64,000 bases of DNA, taken from the IMG/VR virus record IMGVR_UViG_3300011008_000022; one strand, written 5' to 3'. Origin of the DNA: a virus. A program made the position numbers and the translations under genes. This document shows, piece by piece, positions 18,080 through 26,684 of this stretch. Position 1 is the first letter of the stretch, and every line of letters starts with the position of its first letter. The notes under the pieces were generated by a model that was not told the DNA's origin, ran no database searches, and worked only from the letters and a program-made list of their open reading frames with translations.

Positions 18080-19588
18080 ATGAACATGTTTTCTTATAAC
18101 TCCGATTTCTACCCCACCCCGAAAGAAGTTATTGCCCAGATGATGATGGGCGAAGATATAGTAGGCAAAACCATTCTCGAACCCTCTGCCGGTTCTGGCA
18201 ATATCGTTGACTGGCTCAAAGAGAATGGAGTCAAGGAGGTCATCGCCTGCGAGAATGACCCTACCCTACTCCGCATTCTACGCGGAAAGTGTGACATCCT
18301 GGCTGAAGACTTCCTGACAGTCACCTCCGAACAGGTCAGCCACTGCGACTATATCGTAATGAACCCGCCCTTCTCTCATGGTGCCGAGCACATTCTTCAC
18401 GCCTTCGATATTGCCCCCGCTGGCTGCACCGTCGTGGCCCTCTGTAATAGCAGCAACTTTGACTCTTTCTACCGCAACAAGACCAAACAGCGCCTCGCCG
18501 AGACTATCGACCTCTACGGACAGCGCGAGTCGCTGGGTAATGTCTTCCACACTGCCGACCGTCAGACAGATGTCAACATCGAACTTATCAAGCTATACAA
18601 GGAGGGTGCCGGTGCCAGTGAGTTCGACGGTTATATCTTTGAGCAGTACGACTCAGACACTGCTGGCACTCAGGAAGGACTCATGCAATACAACTTCGTG
18701 CGCGATATTGTGAACCGTTACGTCTCTGCTGTTCGCATGTTCGATGAAGTTATGGCTATGTCAAAGCGCATCAATGAGGTGGCCGACTTCTACGACTTCC
18801 GCACCGTCACCGACCCTAAGACCGGCGAAACTCGCCAGGAGCCACAATACTATGGCGGACTGCCTATCACCTTTGGCGCTCAGACCAAGGGCGAACACCC
18901 CACCGCTATCAGTCACCAGCGCTATAAGCGAGAACTGCAGAAGCACTACTGGCACATCATTTTCCAGAAGCTCAACATGGAGAAGTATGCCACCCGCGAA
19001 CTCCGTGAGCAGATCAACCGCTTCATCGAGTCCCAGAAGTGCGCACCATTCACCATGAAGAATGTCTATCGCGTCATCGATATGGTCATCCAGACTAACG
19101 GACAGCGAATGCTTACCGCCCTGGAAGAAGCCTTCGACCTCATTTGCTCACTATCTGCCGAGAACTCCACCGCTGGCGAGAAATGGAAGACCAACGCTAA
19201 CTATATGGTCAATCGCCGCTTCATCGTTGACTACATCACAGAGGGTTATTTCTATGGCTCCACCCGTCCAACTGTTGACTTCCCTTGTGGTGGCCGTACC
19301 GACCGCATGGAGGATGTCTGCAAGGCACTGTGCTACCTCACTGGACGCAATTACGACGAGATAGGCCGCCTAACTCAGGTAGGCCGTGGCCAACAGTGGG
19401 GACAGTGGTTTGAGTGGGGCTTCTTCCGCTGCCGTGGCTATAAAAAGGGCACCATGCACTTTGAGTTCCTGGACGAAGACGTGTGGGCACGTTTCAATTA
19501 CGAGGTAGCCGTCCAGAAGTCCAAGACAAAAGGCTGGGACCTCCCAAAGGTCACACCTAAAAAGTCGAAAAAAACAAAAGCCGCCTAA
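18080..19588 (+). CDS. N6-adenine DNA methyltransferase with large C-terminal domain (DUF4942-like)
   Basis: Motif I ILEPSAGSGNI and motif IV IVMNPPF. 502 aa. Confidence 0.7.
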   Translation: MNMFSYNSDFYPTPKEVIAQMMMGEDIVGKTILEPSAGSGNIVDWLKENGVKEVIACENDPTLLRILRGKCDILAEDFLTVTSEQVSHCDYIVMNPPFSHGAEHILHAFDIAPAGCTVVALCNSSNFDSFYRNKTKQRLAETIDLYGQRESLGNVFHTADRQTDVNIELIKLYKEGAGASEFDGYIFEQYDSDTAGTQEGLMQYNFVRDIVNRYVSAVRMFDEVMAMSKRINEVADFYDFRTVTDPKTGETRQEPQYYGGLPITFGAQTKGEHPTAISHQRYKRELQKHYWHIIFQKLNMEKYATRELREQINRFIESQKCAPFTMKNVYRVIDMVIQTNGQRMLTALEEAFDLICSLSAENSTAGEKWKTNANYMVNRRFIVDYITEGYFYGSTRPTVDFPCGGRTDRMEDVCKALCYLTGRNYDEIGRLTQVGRGQQWGQWFEWGFFRCRGYKKGTMHFEFLDEDVWARFNYEVAVQKSKTKGWDLPKVTPKKSKKTKAA

Positions 19589-19599
19589 CCCCTACCCGC

Positions 19600-19659
19600 C
19601 CCCACTGGTTCCCCCAGTGGGGTGCTCTGTTTCGTTTATTGTCAGGCGATTTTATCGCC
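19600..19659 (+). terminator. GC hairpin, then family-C hairpin
   Basis: CCCCACTGGttcccCCAGTGGGG ... gtttcgtttattgtca GGCGATtttATCGCC. Confidence 0.6.
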
Positions 19660-19704
19660 AAAACAAAAAAAAATCACTAAAAATCAAAATTTTATCGAAA
19701 AATA

Positions 19705-19736
19705 TTTGGTAATATCAAATTATATTCGTATCTTTG
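19705..19736 (+). promoter_or_regulatory. -33/-7 promoter (cassette copy 2)
   Basis: TTTGGTAATATCAAATTATATTCGTATCTTTG. Confidence 0.7.
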
Positions 19737-19759
19737 CACCGACAAATAAAAGTTTAACC

Positions 19760-19772
19760 GAGGGAATCCCTC
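19760..19772 (+). promoter_or_regulatory. 5' leader hairpin (same family)
   Basis: aaccGAGGGaatCCCTCacaaaaaa. Confidence 0.6.
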
Positions 19773-19792
19773 ACAAAAAACATTTTCAGCGT

Positions 19793-20227
19793 ATGACAAT
19801 CCAAGAATTTAAGAACGAAGCCGCCCGCCGAGGTCACACCTTCGACAATAGCGACAATGCCTCTCGTGCATGGTCTCGCTCATGGGGCCTTACCTGGTGG
19901 CGCAATGTATGGTTCTATCGTGAGTACCGTCTGGGTGCTTTCACCTATCGTACTGGTCGCGTCCGCCATCGCCATCACTCTTACACTAACACCGAGTATC
20001 GTATTAACGACTCTGAGGTTTCACAACGTGAGTTCCTAAAGGCTCTCGACACCTTTCAGGCTCCCGCCCTCTCTGCCGATGAGCAGTCCTACATCCAGCA
20101 GCAAGAGCAGCTTGCGCGTCAGGCTGCAGCCCGTCGTGCTGCATGGCACCGCTCCCACCCTTCACGCTCTCGCCGTCAGACCTCTTCCGATCATGCCGTG
20201 CAACTCACATTCAATTTCGCTGCATGA
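19793..20227 (+). CDS. hypothetical protein
   Basis: ATG at 19793 (MTIQEFK) behind promoter cassette 19705-19736 and leader hairpin 19760-19772. Confidence 0.6.
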   Translation: MTIQEFKNEAARRGHTFDNSDNASRAWSRSWGLTWWRNVWFYREYRLGAFTYRTGRVRHRHHSYTNTEYRINDSEVSQREFLKALDTFQAPALSADEQSYIQQQEQLARQAAARRAAWHRSHPSRSRRQTSSDHAVQLTFNFAA

Positions 20228-20284
20228 TTTCATCAATTCATAAATTCATCTATTCACCGTTTCACTAAAAAACACTAAACAATT

Positions 20285-20851
20285 ATGGATAAATTTAATT
20301 TTGGAGTTATCAGACCATATATGGTCGAAGAACAGCGCATGATAAATCGTTATGCTAACGAGAATGAGGGCACTCTGCCCATGCTGCATTCACCTCATAT
20401 CAAGTTGGGTCACTATGACACTCAGACTATCGCCTCTGTTGCTATGCGTGGTCTTACCCTGAATGGCTGGACGTGTAAGCAAACCTATAAGTGGTGGCAG
20501 GACTATCGCCGCCACCATTCTGCCCTCTATCCTGGCTCATGCTCTTCTGAGGTCTCTTGTGGTCCTAAGATTTTCGAGCGCGTATGGAACACGCTGGCTG
20601 AATGGCTGCCATATCATCTGCCTAAGATTACCAACAGCCGGTGGTACTATATGAACATCACCGACTGGGACGGACGCAGACGCAAGTGGTATTTCGACCG
20701 CCCAGACGATGCCACCGCCGTGCATTATTTCTTGCACCATAAAAAATCAGATCACGATATCAACGAATATCATTCCCTTTATTCTGTCACCTGGGACGGT
20801 CAGAATTTCGTCAACCCGAAACGCCTTTCAGTCTCACACAAAGCTGCATAA
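20285..20851 (+). CDS. hypothetical protein
   Basis: 188-aa ORF. Its leader is near-identical to the leader of 22300. Confidence 0.65.
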   Translation: MDKFNFGVIRPYMVEEQRMINRYANENEGTLPMLHSPHIKLGHYDTQTIASVAMRGLTLNGWTCKQTYKWWQDYRRHHSALYPGSCSSEVSCGPKIFERVWNTLAEWLPYHLPKITNSRWYYMNITDWDGRRRKWYFDRPDDATAVHYFLHHKKSDHDINEYHSLYSVTWDGQNFVNPKRLSVSHKAA

Positions 20852-20887
20852 ATTCATTCATTCATTATTTCATCAATTCATCAATTC

Positions 20888-21232
20888 ATGTCACACTATC
20901 TCTACACATTCACCCTCTCCACAGCCACCGGCGACCATGGCCACCAGTACCCGCTACTCACCGCCAACGAATACCCCTGGATGAACGTCCAGATTATCCC
21001 CACACCCGACTCTCAGCGCTCCCTCATTCTCGAAGCGCTCAACAAGCGGGGTGGGGGAGTGGCCACCGTCTCAGGGCGCACCGACTTCGTGGCTATCCAG
21101 GCCGGTGGCGGTTCCGAAGAGCACCCCACCATCCCTATCACCCGCCAGAACTACCAACATGTCGCCGCCATTCTCCGCGACTGCCTCCAAGCAGCTGCCG
21201 ACCACTGGGCCGCTACTCACCCCGTCGAGTAG
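20888..21232 (+). CDS. hypothetical protein
   Basis: 114-aa ORF. Confidence 0.55.
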   Translation: MSHYLYTFTLSTATGDHGHQYPLLTANEYPWMNVQIIPTPDSQRSLILEALNKRGGGVATVSGRTDFVAIQAGGGSEEHPTIPITRQNYQHVAAILRDCLQAAADHWAATHPVE

Positions 21233-21236
21233 AGCG

Positions 21237-21293
21237 CCCAGCGGTTCCCTTGCTGGTCCTCTGTCCCGTCTCTTTTAGGGCGATTTTATCGCC
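21237..21293 (+). terminator. weak family-A hairpin, then family-C hairpin
   Basis: CCCAGCggttcccttGCTGG ... GGCGATtttATCGCC. Confidence 0.4.
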
Positions 21294-21337
21294 AAAACAA
21301 AAAAATTAGCCAAAAATCAAATTTTTCTCGAAAAATA

Positions 21338-21369
21338 TTTGGCAGTATCAAAATATATTCGTATCTTTG
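21338..21369 (+). promoter_or_regulatory. -33/-7 promoter (cassette copy 3)
   Basis: TTTGGCAGTATCAAAATATATTCGTATCTTTG. Confidence 0.7.
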
Positions 21370-21400
21370 CAGCGTAAAACAATAAATAATATGTTTCACC

Positions 21401-21414
21401 GAGGGTCAGCCCTC
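21401..21414 (+). promoter_or_regulatory. 5' leader hairpin (same family)
   Basis: caccGAGGGtcagCCCTCacaaataaa. Confidence 0.6.
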
Positions 21415-21431
21415 ACAAATAAACAAAGAAT

Positions 21432-21848
21432 ATGAAAGTAACAATCGACAATTTCAACAACCAACTGGAAGTCACCGTTCAGGGCGACACCATGACCGTA
21501 GCGTTAGAACGTGGCCACTTCGTGCTATCTGATGCAGTCAATACTGAGTGCTCTTTTGAGACAGAAGAAGACTACGCCAGACTGTTGCACGATGCAGCTC
21601 TGTCGTTAGTAACGCTGGGTACAGACGTTACCAGTTTCGATGAGTGGGAGAACCTGTTTAGCTCATGGGCCGACGATGAGCCTGGCGACGATGCAGATCC
21701 CGAAGACCTCGAAGCCTATCACAAGTGCCTGGCGAATGACCGTGCCGACTTTGAGCGCGAACAGGATGCCGCCCGCAACTGGCAGTCACTGACTGACCTC
21801 GATGCAAAAGCCATCTGGGACTACCTCGAAAACCGCTGGCAAATCTAA
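21432..21848 (+). CDS. acidic hypothetical protein
   Basis: 138 aa, D/E-rich (DDEPGDDADPEDLEAY). Sits behind promoter cassette 21338-21369 and leader hairpin 21401-21414. Confidence 0.6.
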   Translation: MKVTIDNFNNQLEVTVQGDTMTVALERGHFVLSDAVNTECSFETEEDYARLLHDAALSLVTLGTDVTSFDEWENLFSSWADDEPGDDADPEDLEAYHKCLANDRADFEREQDAARNWQSLTDLDAKAIWDYLENRWQI

Positions 21849-21909
21849 TCATTCATCAATTCATACATTCATAAAATCATCAATTCATTAAATATAGGAG
21901 AAACAAATT

Positions 21910-22242
21910 ATGAATAAAGAGATTACAATGGAGTTCGTTGCCGGCACCGTTGCCGACTTCCTGAACGCAGTCAATGAGGGTGAACAGTTCGCCTACGAGA
22001 ATGCCGTACATACTTTCAAGAATAGCACAGAGCTGAACGATGAGCAGGAAGCTATGTTGAGAAATTCCCTGTACCATTTGGAAATTATGGAAAACAATAT
22101 CCCTGATGTTGAAACTATGAAGCCAATCGTAGCATGTGAGTGTCACATCATCTTCTGGACGCTTGCTGCAGACTGGCATTGCATCAATACTCGCACCCTG
22201 GGAGATAGTGACGAGTATATATCACAGAACCCGAAGAACTAA
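21910..22242 (+). CDS. hypothetical protein
   Basis: 110-aa ORF. Confidence 0.55.
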   Translation: MNKEITMEFVAGTVADFLNAVNEGEQFAYENAVHTFKNSTELNDEQEAMLRNSLYHLEIMENNIPDVETMKPIVACECHIIFWTLAADWHCINTRTLGDSDEYISQNPKN

Positions 22243-22299
22243 CCTCCCGTTATAGCACCCCCAGTTATTCACCGTTTCACTAAAAAACAGAAAACAATT

Positions 22300-23934
22300 A
22301 TGACACATTCAGATTATATCAACGCCGTTGGCCGCGCCAACTACTACTCCCACATGTACTATGTCGCATCCGCTCCCGTTGTGAGCGATGCCGAGTTTGA
22401 TGCCCTCGTCGCTCAGATCGAGCAGTACGAACGCCTCAATCCCTCACACATTCTCCCAGACAGTCCCACCCAGCAGGTAGGCTCCGACCTCAATGGCAAT
22501 GGCCGTATCGTCCACCGCACCCCTATGCTCTCCTGTCAGAAGGCTCAGGACATCCAGAAGGTTGCTTCGTGGATCAACAAGACCAACCAGCGCATGAACG
22601 CCCTCACCGGCGACAACCACACTGGCGGTTACAAGCTCGTAGCCATGTGGAAGTACGACGGCATTTCTTGCTCTCTCGTCTATCAGGATGGCCAACTCAT
22701 CAGCGCTGCCACTCGTGGCGATGGTAGGGTAGGGCAGGACATCACCGCCCACGCCCTCTGCATCCCCTCCATCCCTCAGCAGCTCCGCGAGACGGGTGCC
22801 ACCTACTCCCTCGCCGGTCGTATTGAGGTCCGTGGCGAAATCGTCTGCAGCAAGCGCAACCTCCACCTACTTTCCACTCGTTACACCGATTGCCGCACAG
22901 CAGCTTCCGCTCTCTGCAACCAGTCAGTGCCCGACGCTATCGATCTCGCCATGCTCGACTTCATCCCCTGGGATGCCTATATCGACGACGCTATCAGCAG
23001 TCAGATTCAGTTCTCTTGCACCCCGCTCGGCTACCCCTGGCATAAGTTCGACTTCCTCCATCGCCTTTGCTTCATCCACCGTCCTGACGTATGGACCGCC
23101 CACACTCTCGACGATGTTCAGCAGCTGCTGGCGAAGCGTGAGGCAGAACGTGCCGCTTTCGACTTCCCCGTTGATGGTATCGTCCTCCGCATCATGCACG
23201 ATGACTATTTCCGCGCCCTGGGTGCCACCGCACACCATCCTCATGGCTCTATCGCCTACAAGTTCGCACCCGCTAAGGCCATCACCACATGCCGCCGTAT
23301 AGAGGTGACTGTAGGTAAGACTGGCAAGCGCACCCCCGTCGCTTACTTCGACTTTGTGACCCTCCTCGACCGCGAAGTACATTCCGCCTCCCTCTATTCA
23401 GAGAAGACAGCCAACGACCTCGGCATCTATCCAGGTGCCACCATCGAGGTAGGTCTGTCAAACGACATCACCCCAAAGGTCTTTCGCGTTATAGCCACTG
23501 CCGGCGCTTCTGTTTCCTCCGTAGGCGATGGCTCTGCCGTCGCTCCTTCCCAGCCGCTCTCGGCTGGGGTAGGGGACAATGTTACGGAAAATAACCCCTT
23601 ATCTCCCGCCTCTGACGAAGCTCCCGCCGATTGTCCCGTATGTGGCGACACTATTGCCACCGATGACGAAGAGGAAGAAGTCTGGCTCGCCCCCTCTCTC
23701 TTCTCCGACGAAGCTCCCGCCACCGCTGCCCCTGTCGCCTCTGACAAAGAAGCCGCTCCTACCACAGCGCTCGGTGGTTCTCCCACCGATGAACCCGCCA
23801 CCCCTCACCATAGCACCACCGCCGCAGTTCTCGCCACTGTCGCCTGTGCTGCAGTCCTCTGTTGCTTTGGTGCAGTAGTCCTGGGTGCTGCCGTCTTCTG
23901 TCTGCCCCTCATAGCCGGCACCCTCCGCGTATAG
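22300..23934 (+). CDS. ligA: NAD-dependent-type DNA ligase (adenylation + OB core) with atypical low-complexity and hydrophobic C-terminus
   Basis: KxDG adenylation motif (MWKYDGISCSLVYQDGQL), ATRGDGRVGQDIT, and a CPVCG zinc-finger remnant. In-frame hairpin at 23549-23568. The last ~40 aa are hydrophobic (AAVLATVACAAVLCCFGAVVLGAAVFCLPLIAG). Confidence 0.7.
   Translation: MTHSDYINAVGRANYYSHMYYVASAPVVSDAEFDALVAQIEQYERLNPSHILPDSPTQQVGSDLNGNGRIVHRTPMLSCQKAQDIQKVASWINKTNQRMNALTGDNHTGGYKLVAMWKYDGISCSLVYQDGQLISAATRGDGRVGQDITAHALCIPSIPQQLRETGATYSLAGRIEVRGEIVCSKRNLHLLSTRYTDCRTAASALCNQSVPDAIDLAMLDFIPWDAYIDDAISSQIQFSCTPLGYPWHKFDFLHRLCFIHRPDVWTAHTLDDVQQLLAKREAERAAFDFPVDGIVLRIMHDDYFRALGATAHHPHGSIAYKFAPAKAITTCRRIEVTVGKTGKRTPVAYFDFVTLLDREVHSASLYSEKTANDLGIYPGATIEVGLSNDITPKVFRVIATAGASVSSVGDGSAVAPSQPLSAGVGDNVTENNPLSPASDEAPADCPVCGDTIATDDEEEEVWLAPSLFSDEAPATAAPVASDKEAAPTTALGGSPTDEPATPHHSTTAAVLATVACAAVLCCFGAVVLGAAVFCLPLIAGTLRV
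23549..23568 (+). repeat. family-A hairpin in-frame inside the ligase CDS
   Basis: CCCAGCCGctctCGGCTGGG, encoding PSQPLSAGVG. Confidence 0.75.
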
Positions 23935-23970
23935 CGGATCTCCCGCTGGTCATCCGGCTCGTTCCGCATG

Positions 23971-23987
23971 TGGCTATGTTATAGCCA
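23971..23987 (+). terminator. family-B variant hairpin
   Basis: TGGCTATgttATAGCCA, after the ligase stop. Confidence 0.5.
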
Positions 23988-24032
23988 TCCTCCCAAATCA
24001 CAAATTTCATCAATTCATCAAATCATCATTCA

Positions 24033-24851
24033 ATGGAAAATCAATTCAACACCGTTCAGCCCAACCCCATCTGGGATGGCGAACTTTCACAGTATAGTCA
24101 GCACTTCATGTCGGGTATGCAGTTCCACGCACCCTTCATCGTCACCAAGTATCAGCAGCGTTCCGACCTCGGCGACTGCATCATCAGCACCCGTCCGCCT
24201 TATCTCGTTTGCAAGATCCACGGCTTCAAGACAGCAGCTGCTGCCGGACGCACCGACAATCCCAAGCTGGTGGCCATGGCCGAACGTGAGGAACAGGCTC
24301 GTGTCGAATACCTCCAGCAGCGCCAGCAGGCGTTCCGCAATCGTATTGAAGCCGACCGTCATGGCATCACCATCCGCCAGCTCATTGAACAGCAGGGACG
24401 TGTCTATGACGAAGAACTCGATGAGCCGCGCATCGTCTGCAAGGTGCCTGGTCTTAATGTCTATCTCGAACTCGTAGGCTGCCTCCAGCCGCTTTCTGAT
24501 GAAGACCCCGAATGGCTCGGCGACAATGGCATCCTCGCCACGCTCGACTCCATGATGCAGTGGGCACCAAACATCTACGACCGCGCCGATCGCCGTGCTC
24601 GTGCCTCTCAGTTCTCCGACATTCAGCCCCTCGACTCCTGGATTGACCCCTACAATCCTGACCTCCGCCCCTGGATGCCTCGCAAACGTGGCCTCGGTCA
24701 TACTTTCATCGACCCCAGCCGCCGCCCTGATCTGCTTTACTCCAAGGCACCGCAAGGCGCTGCCGACTATGGCATGATACGCACCATCAAGGAGGCCACC
24801 GCCCACAATGCCGCCCAGGGCATAGCCCCCGAAGACTATGGCCACCGTTAG
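24033..24851 (+). CDS. hypothetical protein
   Basis: 272-aa ORF. Confidence 0.65.
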   Translation: MENQFNTVQPNPIWDGELSQYSQHFMSGMQFHAPFIVTKYQQRSDLGDCIISTRPPYLVCKIHGFKTAAAAGRTDNPKLVAMAEREEQARVEYLQQRQQAFRNRIEADRHGITIRQLIEQQGRVYDEELDEPRIVCKVPGLNVYLELVGCLQPLSDEDPEWLGDNGILATLDSMMQWAPNIYDRADRRARASQFSDIQPLDSWIDPYNPDLRPWMPRKRGLGHTFIDPSRRPDLLYSKAPQGAADYGMIRTIKEATAHNAAQGIAPEDYGHR

Positions 24852-24979
24852 CCCCTATATGTCGTTATAGCGCACCTCAAAAATCACAAAATTTCATCAT
24901 TTCATCAATTCATACATTCATATATTCATAAATTCATAAAATAAACATCATTTTATTTTGTAAAATCAAAATTTATTTT

Positions 24980-24987
24980 TATCTTTG
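24980..24987 (+). promoter_or_regulatory. -7 box TATCTTTG upstream of parA
   Basis: 26 nt upstream of ATG 25014. Confidence 0.55.
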
Positions 24988-25013
24988 CACCAAAATTATC
25001 AAATTATATCATT

Positions 25014-25877
25014 ATGGCACGTATTAAAGAAATCCTGGCATTCGCCAACAATAAGGGTGGGGTAGCCAAAACCACCACCGTCCAGAACGTCGCTGCCGGT
25101 CTTCTCCGGCGCAACAGTCGTCTGCGCATCCTCTGCATCGATCTCGACCCGCAGGGCAATCTTTCTTCCCTCCTCGGCTGGCGCGATAAGATGAAGGAGT
25201 ACCACGCTAAGAACCTCGCCACTCTCACCGTGGCCGATGCCCTCCGCGATGGCGACAACAACCACCTGCCTGTCTATCAGTCTCGCAAGGGTCTCTACTA
25301 TGTCCCCGCCTCTGCCGGACTGTCCGACATCGACCCTGACCTCCATCGTCAGATGCAGTCCAAGCTGGTGCTTTCGTCACTCTTTGGCAATGACATCTTC
25401 GACATGGACCACCTCTACCTCGGTGCAAAGGCACTCGATGGCGAATACATTGAAGACACCTTCGACTATGTGCTCATCGACTGTGCTCCTGCCCTCTCCG
25501 AACTAACCTTCAACGCGCTCGCTGCCGCCTCTGGTGTCATCATCCCCGTGCAGCTCGGCTCGCTTTCAGTCGATGGCATTGGCCGCATGGTCGAAGCCTA
25601 CAAGAATGTCAAGCGCAAACTCAATGCCGACCTCGACATGCGGGGCTTGCTCATTGTCATGGCCGACGAGCGCACCCGACTGGCTCGTGAGACTACCGAC
25701 TACCTCCGCGACCAGTACGACACCACTATCTTTAAGACGCGCATCCGCCAGTGTGTTAAGGTGGGCGAAAGCCAGTTCCAGCATGAGGACATCTTCACCT
25801 ATGCCCCCGAATGCACCGCCTCTCACGACTACCGCGACTTCGTTTCCGAACTCATCAAAACCCAAAATCCTGAATAA
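25014..25877 (+). CDS. parA: ParA/Soj-type partition ATPase
   Basis: Deviant Walker A (NNKGGVAKTTT) and typical ParA length (287 aa). TATCTTTG box at 24980-24987. Confidence 0.8.
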   Translation: MARIKEILAFANNKGGVAKTTTVQNVAAGLLRRNSRLRILCIDLDPQGNLSSLLGWRDKMKEYHAKNLATLTVADALRDGDNNHLPVYQSRKGLYYVPASAGLSDIDPDLHRQMQSKLVLSSLFGNDIFDMDHLYLGAKALDGEYIEDTFDYVLIDCAPALSELTFNALAAASGVIIPVQLGSLSVDGIGRMVEAYKNVKRKLNADLDMRGLLIVMADERTRLARETTDYLRDQYDTTIFKTRIRQCVKVGESQFQHEDIFTYAPECTASHDYRDFVSELIKTQNPE

Positions 25878-25879
25878 TT

Positions 25880-26224
25880 ATGGCTGTCAAATCATTCAAA
25901 AAGACTTCCAAAAAGTCCATCGTTGCCGGTTCCCCCGCTATTGAGGAACACGAGCAGATCATGTCCTCCGTCCGTGCTGAGTCTGCCGAACCTGCTCCAA
26001 GCGGTTCTCCCGCTGCCCCCGCTTCCGCTGCGTCAGCATCAGGCACCACCATCGGTGTCTTCTCCACGCTCAACACCGAACCGCTGAAGAACGTCCAGAC
26101 GCGCGTACCGCTCTCTATCTATGAGAAACTGAACCGCATGAAGTATTTTGCCGGACAGCGCACCTCTATCGGCGACATTGTGGCACAGGCCATTCAGGAG
26201 TATTGCGACCGGCATCCCGTCTGA
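25880..26224 (+). CDS. small partition/centromere-binding protein candidate (ribbon-helix-helix C-terminus, ParG-like)
   Basis: 114 aa, starts 3 nt after parA. Disordered N-terminus. The C-terminal TRVPLSIYEKLNRMKYFAGQRTSIGDIVAQAIQEY fits an RHH fold by eye. Confidence 0.5.
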   Translation: MAVKSFKKTSKKSIVAGSPAIEEHEQIMSSVRAESAEPAPSGSPAAPASAASASGTTIGVFSTLNTEPLKNVQTRVPLSIYEKLNRMKYFAGQRTSIGDIVAQAIQEYCDRHPV

Positions 26225-26240
26225 TTGGGGTGGGGTATAG

Positions 26241-26302
26241 GTTACGCTTTTTTACCCCTAAATTACGTTCCTTATCCCCATAGGGTTACGCTTTTTACCC
26301 CC
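26241..26302 (+). repeat. inverted-orientation iterons GTTACG-N7-ACCCC (2-3 copies)
   Basis: GTTACGCTTTTTTACCCC (26241-26258), a degenerate ATTACGTTCCTTATCCCC (26263-26280), and GTTACGCTTTTTACCCCC (26285-26302). Each is the reverse complement of the GGGGT-N7-CGTAAC iteron. Confidence 0.7.
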
Positions 26303-26306
26303 TAAA

Positions 26307-26375
26307 CATGATATATATCTTTATTTATTATATAGTATTGATAAATTTTCTTTTATATGATTATAAGAATATATA
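26307..26375. other. AT-rich stretch (candidate DNA unwinding element)
   Basis: catgatatatatctttatttattatatagtattgataaattttcttttatatgattataagaatatataatt, lying between the inverted and the direct iterons. Confidence 0.5.
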
Positions 26376-26436
26376 ATTACCTGCGCCCTCCATTGGCTCA
26401 CAACCCCCGTAAATACTGGCTTTCTGCCGTTTCGGT

Positions 26437-26684
26437 GGGGTATTTCTCCGTAGCCTTCGGTGGCATTCTCCGTAACCTTTGGGCTGTTCTTGGTAACGGT
26501 GGGGTGCATTTCCGGCCACTCTCTTCGTTAGGGGTCATTTTCCGTAACTCTCTCCCCGTTGTTCTCTATGTTGCTATACCATCGCAACTCTTCTATAAGG
26601 GGTCATTTTCCGTAACTCTCCCCCGTCCGTGCATGTGGCTATGCCATAGCCACCAGTCATTTAAGGGGTAAATCTTCGTAACTA
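26437..26684 (+). repeat. six direct iterons GGGGT-N7-CGTAAC upstream of rep (candidate oriV)
   Basis: Copies at 26437-26454, 26459-26477, 26501-26519, 26531-26550, 26599-26618 and 26665-26684. The last overlaps the rep ATG. Copies 4 and 5 are identical (GGGGTCATTTTCCGTAACTC). Confidence 0.75.
26635..26653 (+). repeat. family-B variant hairpin inside the iteron field
   Basis: GTGGCTATGcCATAGCCAC. Confidence 0.6.
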
